Of a stretch of 64,000 bases of DNA, positions 9,579-17,327 are shown in pieces. The notes under the pieces were generated by a model. It worked only from the letters and a program-made list of their open reading frames with translations. It was not told the origin of the DNA and made no database searches. A program made the translations under genes and the position numbers. The DNA comes from an uncultured Clostridia bacterium (GTDB lineage: Bacteria; Bacillota; Clostridia; Christensenellales; UBA1242). Location: positions 18,905 through 82,904 of the forward strand of contig CALVJJ010000003.1 of NCBI GenBank assembly GCA_944332185.1, given 5' to 3'. Every line of letters begins with the position of its first letter. The stretch's first letter is position 1.

Positions 9579-11261
9579 ATGAAAGTATCAAAAATGTTTT
9601 TTAAAACGTATAGAGAAGCACCAGCAGATGCAGAACTTACAAGTCATAAGTTGCTAGTGAGAGCTGGATATATTAAAAAACAATCAGCCGGGATTTATAT
9701 TTATATGCCATTAGGGTTGCGTGTTTTAAAGAAAATAGAAAATATTGTTCGTGAAGAAATGGATAAAATTGGTTGCGTAGAACTCTCTATGCCAAAACTT
9801 ATGACAGAAGATGTGTATGCATTACGAATTGAAACATTTGGGAATAGTATGTTTAGACTCAAAGATCGTAATGGAAAACCAATGTGTCTAGGTCCTACAC
9901 ATGAAGAAGCTTTTACGCTTGCTGTGAAAGATAATATTACGAGTTACAAACAATTACCTATTACATTATATCAAATTGGTGAAAAATTCCGCGATGAGGT
10001 AAGACCAAGATTTGGATTACAAAGAGCCAAAGAATTCATTATGAAAGATGCTTATAGTTATCATGTTGATCAAGCATCATTAGATGAAGTCTATGAAGAT
10101 ATGAAACAAGCATATTGTAGAATTTTTGATCGACTAGGGTTGGATTATGTGCCGGTATTTGCTGATAACGGTGCCATGGGTGGTTCTGGAAGTCAGGAAT
10201 TTATGGTGAAAAGCACTGTAGGGGAAGATGAGATTGCATATTGCCCACATTGTAATTATGCTGCTAACGTAGAAAAAGCAGAAGTTGTTGTACAATCTTG
10301 TATGGACAAAGTGAAAGAATTGCCAATGGAAAAAGTTCATACGCCTAATATGAAAACAATACAACAACTTGTCGAATATTTTGGTAAAGAAGAAAAAGAT
10401 TTTCTAAAAGCTGTCGTATACAATGCAGATGGTAAAATCGTTGTTGCACTATGCCGAGGCGATAGAGAAATTGAAGAAGTAAAACTAGCAAATTATTTGG
10501 GCGTGAATGCAGATTCTTTAGCAATGGCAACACATGAACAAATTCAATCTATTGGTAGTGTAGCTGGTTTTGTAGGAGCTAATACTCAATTAAAAAATGT
10601 GCTCGTAGTAGCTGATCAAGAAGTGAAAAATATGCACAACTTTATCATGGGAGCCAATGAATTTGATTATCATTATGAAAATGTCAATCTAAAAGATTTG
10701 GTAGTAAAAGAGTATATTGATTTAAGAAAAATCGTCAAAGGAGATGTTTGTCCACATTGCCATACAGGAAAAATAGAAATTATTCGCGGCATAGAAGTAG
10801 GGCATATATTCAAACTAGGTACAAGATATACAAAAGCCTTAGATTGCAAATTCTTAGATGAAAATGGTAAGAGTCAGGTTATGCAAATGGGTTGCTATGG
10901 TATTGGTGTGTCTAGAGCTCTATCGGCTTGTGTGGAACAACATAATGATGAAAAAGGTATTATATGGCCAGAAAGTATTGCACCTTATCAAGTTTTGGTG
11001 GTAGTGGCCAATTATAAAGAACAAGTGCAAAATGATGTAGCAGAACAAATATATAATGCATTACAAAAGAAAAACGTGGAAGTATTACTAGATGATAGAA
11101 AAGAAAGTGCAGGGATAAAATTCAAAGATGCAGAACTAATTGGTGTGCCAAATATTGTAATTGTTGGTAGAAAAGCACCAGACGGTATTGTAGAATATGA
11201 GAATCGTATCACTGGACAAAAAGAGGAATATGTTTGGCAAGATATTGTCAATAGATTCTAA
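9579..11261 (+). CDS. proS: Proline--tRNA ligase (bacterial type with an editing insertion)
   Basis: 560 aa with class II motifs (FRDEVRPRFGLQRAKEFIMKDAYS, GCYGIGVSR). The ATG abuts the xseB TAA. Confidence 0.95.
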   Translation: MKVSKMFFKTYREAPADAELTSHKLLVRAGYIKKQSAGIYIYMPLGLRVLKKIENIVREEMDKIGCVELSMPKLMTEDVYALRIETFGNSMFRLKDRNGKPMCLGPTHEEAFTLAVKDNITSYKQLPITLYQIGEKFRDEVRPRFGLQRAKEFIMKDAYSYHVDQASLDEVYEDMKQAYCRIFDRLGLDYVPVFADNGAMGGSGSQEFMVKSTVGEDEIAYCPHCNYAANVEKAEVVVQSCMDKVKELPMEKVHTPNMKTIQQLVEYFGKEEKDFLKAVVYNADGKIVVALCRGDREIEEVKLANYLGVNADSLAMATHEQIQSIGSVAGFVGANTQLKNVLVVADQEVKNMHNFIMGANEFDYHYENVNLKDLVVKEYIDLRKIVKGDVCPHCHTGKIEIIRGIEVGHIFKLGTRYTKALDCKFLDENGKSQVMQMGCYGIGVSRALSACVEQHNDEKGIIWPESIAPYQVLVVVANYKEQVQNDVAEQIYNALQKKNVEVLLDDRKESAGIKFKDAELIGVPNIVIVGRKAPDGIVEYENRITGQKEEYVWQDIVNRF

Positions 11262-11281
11262 ATTTTAGGAAGATAATCTAG

Positions 11282-11312
11282 AAAAAACAGCCATAGTTTA
11301 TGGTTGTTTTTT
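11282..11312 (+). terminator. Intrinsic terminator after proS
   Basis: Stem ACAGCCAT / ATGGCTGT with a 5-nt loop, an A-run before it and a T-run after it. Confidence 0.85.
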
Positions 11313-11363
11313 CTATGTTATAGGGAAGAAAAAGCGAGAAATATAGCCATTTTTTACTTGTTA

Positions 11364-11442
11364 TGCATAATTATAAAAAATCTTTTTGCATAAATATTCA
11401 AAAACTACTTGCATAATTATAACCGTTAGTGTATAATTATGG
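11364..11442 (+). promoter_or_regulatory. argR promoter (-35 TTGCAT 11409-11414, -10 TATAAT 11432-11437, 17-bp spacer) overlapped by four ARG-box-like repeats
   Basis: The boxes are TGCATAATTATAA (11364-11376), TGCATAAATATTCA (11387-11400, 12/14 to the TGAATAAAAATTCA core), TGCATAATTATAA (11410-11422) and TGTATAATTATGG (11430-11442). They are spaced 23, 23 and 20 bp apart. Confidence 0.55.
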
Positions 11443-11486
11443 TACAACTAAAAAATAAAAATACATTTACGATATGAGGAACAAAT

Positions 11487-11939
11487 ATGGCTAGAAATTC
11501 GCGTCAAGCAAAGGTACTAGAACTAATATCTCAAAAAGAGATTGAGACACAAGAAGATTTGGTTGCAGAACTTAAAAATGCGGGATATGAAGTAACACAA
11601 GCGACCATTAGTCGTGATATTAAAGAATTAGCTTTAATAAAGATTGCGACAGAGAATGGTAAATACAAATATGCGACAATTTCCACAGGCAGTGCTACTG
11701 CATCAACGAAAGTTTCTGGTTTATTCAAACAATGTGTAGTTAGCATTAAAAAAGCCATGAATCTGGTTGTGGTCAAGACTCTAAAGGGAACAGCTCAAAT
11801 GGCTGCTACATATCTAGATCAAATGTCTATTAGCGAAGTATTGGGAATTACCTTTGGAACAGATGCTGTTATGTTGGTGACAGCTGATATCGAAGATGCG
11901 TACGTCGTACAAAATAAATTATTAGAACTTATCAAATAA
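11487..11939 (+). CDS. argR: Arginine repressor
   Basis: 150 aa. The N-terminal winged helix RQAKVLELISQKEIETQEDLVAELKNAGYEVTQATISRDIKEL is typical of ArgR/AhrC. It lies upstream of recN, as in Bacillus and Clostridium. Confidence 0.9.
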   Translation: MARNSRQAKVLELISQKEIETQEDLVAELKNAGYEVTQATISRDIKELALIKIATENGKYKYATISTGSATASTKVSGLFKQCVVSIKKAMNLVVVKTLKGTAQMAATYLDQMSISEVLGITFGTDAVMLVTADIEDAYVVQNKLLELIK

Positions 11940-11973
11940 CTATCTTTCATGATGGTTATTTTTTTATTTTATA

Positions 11974-12012
11974 GAACAAATGTTTTGTAAATGCTAGAAA
12001 ATATGCTATAAT
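11974..12012 (+). promoter_or_regulatory. recN promoter with a LexA (Cheo-type) box
   Basis: GAACAAATGTTT at 11974-11985 (GAAC-N4-GTTT) overlaps a -35-like TTGTAA (11985-11990). An extended -10 TGCTATAAT lies at 12004-12012. Confidence 0.6.
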
Positions 12013-12039
12013 AATCTTGATACTATAGTAGGGGAAAAT

Positions 12040-13758
12040 ATGCTAGTAAATTTAAAAATAAAAAATATTGCACTCATTAGCGAAGCAAATGTTGATTTTA
12101 AAAAAGGTTTTACAGTGATCACAGGTGAGACAGGGGCTGGGAAAAGTTTGCTGATTGATTCGTTGAATTTTGTATTAGGGCAAAGGGCAGACAAAACACT
12201 GATCAAACATGGTCAGCCTTATGCTCGTGTAGATGCTGTTTTTGAAGTTGATGTGTTTCATGAGAAAATCCAAGAATTTTTTCATATATTAGGTATTGAA
12301 GCAGAAGATACAGTGAGAATATCTAGATCTATGAGTTTAGAGGGTAAAAATGAATGCCGTATCAACGGAGAACAAGTCACAGTTGGTATGTTAAAAACTC
12401 TAACCAGCGAACTTGTAGATATCTATGGGCAACATGACAATCAGTATTTGCTGGATACAAAAAATCATTTGTTTTTACTAGATCAATTTGATGAAGAACA
12501 ATTACAAACGGCAAAACAGCAATTACGAGATCAGTTGGCACAGTTAAAAGATATTCAAGAACAAATCAAAACTCTTGGTGGACTTGATGAAGATAGAGAA
12601 AAAAATCTAGAACTGCTGGCTTTCAATATTGAGGAAATTGAAAGTGCAAACCTAGTTGTTGGACAAGAAGAAGAGTTGGAAAATGAACGCAACAAAATGC
12701 GTAATAGCGAGAAAATGTATGAAACTTTACGCAATGTGTACGAACAACTCAACCAAGGAAATTCGTTGGAAAATGTGATAAAATCGATGGTGTATCAAGT
12801 ACAATCGGTAGAGCAATATGATACAACATTACAACAAATGAAAGAAACACTTGAAAATATTCGTTATGAATTCATGGATTGGCAAGAGGAGTTTTTAGAC
12901 TATTACCAAAAATTAGACTATTCAGAAGATGCTCTTAATGATATAGAAGAACGACTAGAAGTGATCAAAGATCTTAAAAGAAAATATGGATTATCTGTAG
13001 AGGGCATTTTAGAGTATTTGCAAACTTTACGTCAAAAAAGAGAAATGCTATTACATAGTGAAGAAAAGTTACAAGAATGTCTTGTGCGTAAAAAACAAAT
13101 TTTGCAAAACATATATCAATCATGTTGTCAACTTACAAAAGTGAGACAACTCATTGCGCAAGTAGTCGAACAAGCTATCATGATGGAATTAAAAGATTTG
13201 GGTATGTACAATGCACAATTTAAGGTCAATTTTGATAATCAGTATACCATAGATACTATCGAGAAGGAGGTCACATCTACAGGGGCTGATCATATAGAGT
13301 TTTTATTTAGTGCCAATCTTGGGGAACCTTTAAAACCATTATCTAAAATTATATCTGGCGGAGAAATGAGTCGTTTCATGCTTGCTATAAAATGTGTATT
13401 AAACGCTCAAGATTATATGAAAACTTTGATATTTGACGAAATTGATGCTGGAATTGGTGGTAAAGTAGGGGGAATGGTAGGAGAAAAATTGTACAAATTA
13501 AGTTTAAAAAATCAAGTGCTTTGCATTACACATTTGTCCTCCATTGCATGTTTTGCTGATAAACACATGAAAATAGAAAAATCCAGTGACGACCATAATA
13601 CTTATACTAATCTTATCGTATTAAATGAGGAAGAAAAAATTAAAGAAATCATGAGAATGAATGGGTCATTTGATCAGTCTAATTATGGATATTTGCATGC
13701 TGTAGAAATGGTAAAAGATGCAAACAAAATCAAAGAAAATCTAAAATTTACCAAATAG
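12040..13758 (+). CDS. recN: DNA repair protein RecN
   Basis: 572-aa SMC-like protein with Walker A GETGAGKSLL, a long coiled coil, and C-terminal SGGEMSRFMLA and LIFDEIDAGIGG. Confidence 0.95.
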   Translation: MLVNLKIKNIALISEANVDFKKGFTVITGETGAGKSLLIDSLNFVLGQRADKTLIKHGQPYARVDAVFEVDVFHEKIQEFFHILGIEAEDTVRISRSMSLEGKNECRINGEQVTVGMLKTLTSELVDIYGQHDNQYLLDTKNHLFLLDQFDEEQLQTAKQQLRDQLAQLKDIQEQIKTLGGLDEDREKNLELLAFNIEEIESANLVVGQEEELENERNKMRNSEKMYETLRNVYEQLNQGNSLENVIKSMVYQVQSVEQYDTTLQQMKETLENIRYEFMDWQEEFLDYYQKLDYSEDALNDIEERLEVIKDLKRKYGLSVEGILEYLQTLRQKREMLLHSEEKLQECLVRKKQILQNIYQSCCQLTKVRQLIAQVVEQAIMMELKDLGMYNAQFKVNFDNQYTIDTIEKEVTSTGADHIEFLFSANLGEPLKPLSKIISGGEMSRFMLAIKCVLNAQDYMKTLIFDEIDAGIGGKVGGMVGEKLYKLSLKNQVLCITHLSSIACFADKHMKIEKSSDDHNTYTNLIVLNEEEKIKEIMRMNGSFDQSNYGYLHAVEMVKDANKIKENLKFTK

Positions 13759-13795
13759 ATGAAATATGTATAAAAAACAAATATCATAGTAAACT

Positions 13796-13819
13796 ACTCC
13801 TAGAAATAGGAGTTTTTTT
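13796..13819 (+). terminator. recN terminator hairpin that contains the spoIVB Shine-Dalgarno sequence
   Basis: Stem ACTCCTA / TAGGAGT with a GAAA loop, then a T7 run ending at the spoIVB ATG (13820). The AGGAG at 13808-13812 is in the 3-prime arm. Confidence 0.7.
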
Positions 13820-15043
13820 ATGTTTACAAAAAAACGATGGTTATGGGGAGTTTGGATCATTGCTAGCGGTATATTCTTATGGATCAGTATGGCGATCCCA
13901 TATTCTTTATTGTCTATCTATGATGAAGATATTATTGTAACGACAAAAGAATTTCAAGACTATTTAAAACCTATTGGTTTTGTCTATCCTACTATTACGA
14001 CAGTAGTTGCGATAGATGAACAAAAAGATCAAGAAATTCAACAATATACAGTGGATTACAAATTATTTAATTTGTTTAATATATTATCCTTGAAAGTTGA
14101 TGTTGTAGAAGATAGGCAAGTGTATGCTGGAGGGAATGCTGTTGGGTTTGTGTTAGATACAAAAGGTGTGATTTTGGTAGGGAGTAATGGGATTATTACC
14201 AAAGATGGACTTGTAGATACCTTAAAAGATTCTCAGTTGCGTATTGGAGATGTTATTACAAAATTAAATGCTATTGAAGTCAACTCTATGGAAGATATTG
14301 CTACGGTATTACAAGTGCATTTAGATGGTAAAGCAATAGATGTAGAATACAAAAGAAATGGTCAAATACATTATACAACCATACAACCTGTACTTGATGA
14401 ATTAACAAAACAATACAAATTAGGACTTTGGGTTAAAGATAATGCAGTCGGAGTTGGAACTCTTACCTATGTCAAACAAAATCTGGAATATGGAGCATTG
14501 GGACATGCTATTACAGATGTCAATACCACTCAACCTATTGAGGTAATAGGTGGACAATTATATTTGGCTAACGTTGTAGGCGTCAAAAAGGGGGTAGAAG
14601 GCGTTCCGGGAGAATTGATGGGGTTATTTATCCAAGGTAAAGATGCTATTGGGAATATTGACAAAAATACCAATTATGGGGTATATGGTAATATTTTAGA
14701 GAATAGTAGTTTTCTAGAAAAGAAGGCTCTTATACCTTTAGGAAGTCGTAGCCAAGCCAAACCCGGTAAGGCAAAAATTCTAACTTGTATCGATGGAGAA
14801 AATATTGAAGCCTTTGATGTGGAAATTATAAAAACTAATTATCAAGCAAGTGCAACAGAAAAAAGCATGATTATTAAGGTCACGGACAAGGAATTACTAG
14901 AACGCACAGGAGGGATTGTGCAAGGTATGAGTGGAAGTCCAATTATTCAAGAAGGAAAATTGATTGGAGCTGTAACACATGTGTTTGTCAGTGATCCTAC
15001 CAAAGGATTTGGGTTATATATTGATTGGATGCTATCAGCTTAA
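13820..15043 (+). CDS. spoIVB: SpoIVB signalling serine peptidase (S55)
   Basis: 407 aa with an N-terminal TM helix, a PDZ-like segment (GDVITKLNAIEVNSMEDI) and the catalytic Ser motif GMSGSPII. It follows recN, the conserved position. Confidence 0.9.
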   Translation: MFTKKRWLWGVWIIASGIFLWISMAIPYSLLSIYDEDIIVTTKEFQDYLKPIGFVYPTITTVVAIDEQKDQEIQQYTVDYKLFNLFNILSLKVDVVEDRQVYAGGNAVGFVLDTKGVILVGSNGIITKDGLVDTLKDSQLRIGDVITKLNAIEVNSMEDIATVLQVHLDGKAIDVEYKRNGQIHYTTIQPVLDELTKQYKLGLWVKDNAVGVGTLTYVKQNLEYGALGHAITDVNTTQPIEVIGGQLYLANVVGVKKGVEGVPGELMGLFIQGKDAIGNIDKNTNYGVYGNILENSSFLEKKALIPLGSRSQAKPGKAKILTCIDGENIEAFDVEIIKTNYQASATEKSMIIKVTDKELLERTGGIVQGMSGSPIIQEGKLIGAVTHVFVSDPTKGFGLYIDWMLSA

Positions 15044-15044
15044 A

Positions 15045-15069
15045 AAAGAACATTTTTGTTCTTTTTTTT
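15045..15069 (+). terminator. Intrinsic terminator after spoIVB
   Basis: Stem AAAGAAC / GTTCTTT with a 6-nt loop, then a T-run. Confidence 0.8.
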
Positions 15070-15085
15070 ATTTTTTTAGTAGTGC

Positions 15086-15113
15086 TTGACAACAAATTCG
15101 ACAATGGTCGACA
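15086..15113 (+). promoter_or_regulatory. TTGACA followed by two tandem Spo0A-box-like motifs
   Basis: TTGACA lies at 15086-15091. TTCGACA at 15097-15103 is the exact complement of the 0A box TGTCGAA, and GTCGACA at 15107-15113 matches 6/7. The two boxes are one helical turn apart. A 7-mer like this is expected several times by chance in 64 kb. Confidence 0.4.
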
Positions 15114-15210
15114 GTGAGGCAAAGGAATTATCATGTTTTTAAATGGTTTTTTTTGTAAATTTTCGTAGGTTTTGGTATGATTATATTGTATTTTAAATAA
15201 GGAGTGGAAA

Positions 15211-15594
15211 ATGAGTAGTGAACTAAAATGTTTGGCAAGTCAAGCAAAAAGAAGATTAAAAAATGCGGCTGAAAGTTCTTCAGGAAAATACACACGGATC
15301 AATCATATTGACAAATCGACCTATTTTTATAAAAATATGGCTATGTTACATAGAAAAGTAGGTGATGTCGAATTTGTGATGATTGACGATAAAGAAGATG
15401 AAAATTTTATACGAAAGGTAGAAAAAGTTGTATTAGAAGATAACTTACTCAATCCAATGAGTAAACTAATTGATCAAAAAATTTTTAGTACATTATCTGC
15501 AACAGAGCAACAGATGTATTTGTTAAAACTATTTGATCGATATAATAAGGTACGAGAAAAAATTGTAAAAGAAAACATGCAAACTATTTTGTAA
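15211..15594 (+). CDS. Hypothetical 127-aa protein between spoIVB and spo0A
   Basis: Strong SD AAGGAG 6 nt before the ATG. Charged, helical-looking sequence with no recognisable motif. Confidence 0.6.
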   Translation: MSSELKCLASQAKRRLKNAAESSSGKYTRINHIDKSTYFYKNMAMLHRKVGDVEFVMIDDKEDENFIRKVEKVVLEDNLLNPMSKLIDQKIFSTLSATEQQMYLLKLFDRYNKVREKIVKENMQTIL

Positions 15595-15724
15595 AAAATA
15601 ATTTGTAAAAAAAGAAAAAATATGTTAAAAATGATTTTTTTATTTTAAAATTTGTGAAATAAAGGGGGGAATAAATTGTTTTTAACATAATTTTTAAAAA
15701 TTTTATATTTTTTTACAAAAATAC

Positions 15725-15753
15725 TTGATTTTTGTAAAATATATTAGTATACT
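15725..15753 (+). promoter_or_regulatory. Sigma-A-like promoter upstream of the spo0A-like gene
   Basis: TTGATT at 15725-15730, a 17-bp spacer, then TATACT at 15748-15753. The AT-rich context makes chance matches likely. Confidence 0.4.
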
Positions 15754-15786
15754 GATACTAGAAATAAAACAAAAAAGGGAAAAACT

Positions 15787-16530
15787 ATGCCGACGAATGA
15801 ACAAAATATCACAAGAAATGCTATTTTTTATTCTCAACACAATGTTATGTTATACAACGACTTAAAAAGACAATGTAATGCAGAAAAGATCAATGTTATG
15901 ATTGCAGACAATCTGGGGACTTTGATGAATATTGTATATGGGGTGGATTTTTCTATCATCTTTATTGATGCAAAAACAAAGAAGTTAGATGAAGATTTTT
16001 TAAGTTTGTTAAGTCGTTGTGATAGAGTGTGTCAAGGGCTATCTATTATTATTGATGGTAAAGAAAACTATGAACATATAGCGCCTACCATTTTTTCTAT
16101 GACTGCTAGTGAGGTAATGTGTAAGATTCCAGATATCAAGAGAAGTGTAAAATTATTGGAATCTGCTACTTACAAAAACAATCATCATAGAGAACAAGAA
16201 GTGAAAGATGGGGATATTACGAATATGCTCGTAGAATACGGTTTTGATATAAAACTAGATGGTTTCAAATACATAAAGTCAGTTATTATGTTGTTTTTAA
16301 CGAATTTTGAAATAGCTACGCCTTTAAGCAGAAGTGCATATCCAATTGTAGCATCTATCTATAATACAAAACCTGAAAATGTCGAACGTAACATTCGTAA
16401 TGCCATTAAAGTTGCAACAAAATCTGAAAAATTCCAACAAAAATTAAAAAATGTTTTAAGTTCCAATCCTACTAATTTACAAGTTATCAATTATTTTGTA
16501 GCAATACAAAGGGGGAAAACTGTCATTTAG
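15787..16530 (+). CDS. spo0A: Spo0A-family regulator with a divergent (pseudo-)receiver domain
   Basis: The C-terminal 105 aa align by eye with the Spo0A_C domain ([55 protein letters not shown]). It lies downstream of spoIVB. The N-terminal 125 aa look like a (beta-alpha)5 fold but lack most receiver signature residues. Confidence 0.8.
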   Translation: [247 protein letters not shown]

Positions 16531-16549
16531 ACGTTCTTTGTTTAAAATG

Positions 16550-16577
16550 AGAGCAATAAAAAATTGCTCTTTTTTTA
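16550..16577 (+). terminator. Intrinsic terminator after spo0A
   Basis: Stem AGAGCAAT / ATTGCTCT with an AAAAA loop, then a T-run. Confidence 0.85.
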
Positions 16578-16646
16578 TTTTTTGTGTGAAAAATTACTTT
16601 TTACGAATATATATACTATATATAGTGTATTTAAGAGTGGAGTAGT

Positions 16647-17276
16647 ATGAATGCAAATTATCAAAGAGTTCAATTAAAAGGGAAAAGTTGGCTAGGCAAA
16701 TTCTTTAGATTCTATCGTGGTTGGTTACTTTTTTTTGGAATACTCGCACTACTTGCATTCGTAACAGGTATTTTAACAGTATCTAAAGTAAGTGATGACC
16801 TTGAATTAGACAAATTACCAAGCAAAGCCATCATTGTGCTATTTGAAGATCCCAAAAATAATTGGGGATATTTTATACAACAATTATTATCTTTTTTTTA
16901 TATTATTGCCATTGTATTATTGTGCAACTTTCACCCTTGTATGATATGGGTGGATATCTTAATTGTCTTATATCACTTTTATTGTTTTGGGTTTTGTTTT
17001 TTAGGAATTATTCTCCTATATAGTGTTGCAGGTTTTTTTAATTTACTTCTTTTTATATTGCCATTTTTTCTACTTTATAGTTTTATTATTTTATTACTTG
17101 TTTGTATATGTGTAAAAAGGTGTATTTTAAAAAGAAAATATGGAAGTGTTTGTTCTCCTACATTTTCCTATAAAGAATTGCAAGCGATGGTATGGGTATT
17201 GGTAGTCAGTTTGTTGCTTATTTTATTATTGCAAACATTACTTATTCCTATTATTTCTATTACAATCATTGTATAG
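16647..17276 (+). CDS. Polytopic membrane protein, possibly SpoIIM-like
   Basis: 209 aa with a GAGTGGAG SD, a short cytoplasmic N-terminus and then about 5 TM helices. Size and topology resemble SpoIIM, but the sequence match could not be verified. Confidence 0.45.
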   Translation: MNANYQRVQLKGKSWLGKFFRFYRGWLLFFGILALLAFVTGILTVSKVSDDLELDKLPSKAIIVLFEDPKNNWGYFIQQLLSFFYIIAIVLLCNFHPCMIWVDILIVLYHFYCFGFCFLGIILLYSVAGFFNLLLFILPFFLLYSFIILLLVCICVKRCILKRKYGSVCSPTFSYKELQAMVWVLVVSLLLILLLQTLLIPIISITIIV

Positions 17277-17327
17277 AATACATATTTTTTCATAACTTGC
17301 ACACTTTATTAAAAAAGGTGGTGTATT

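Noticed and set aside
15100-15110. The 10-mer GACAATGGTC is shared between the 0A-box region (15100-15109) and the lexA promoter (46838-46847, minus strand).
   Set aside because: Hundreds to thousands of repeated 10-12-mers are expected by chance in 64 kb of AT-rich DNA. There is no supporting context.
15586-15740. Recurrent TTTGTAAAA / TTTTACAAA words upstream of the spo0A-like gene.
   Set aside because: They are low-complexity A/T words in an extremely AT-rich spacer, indistinguishable from chance without comparative data.
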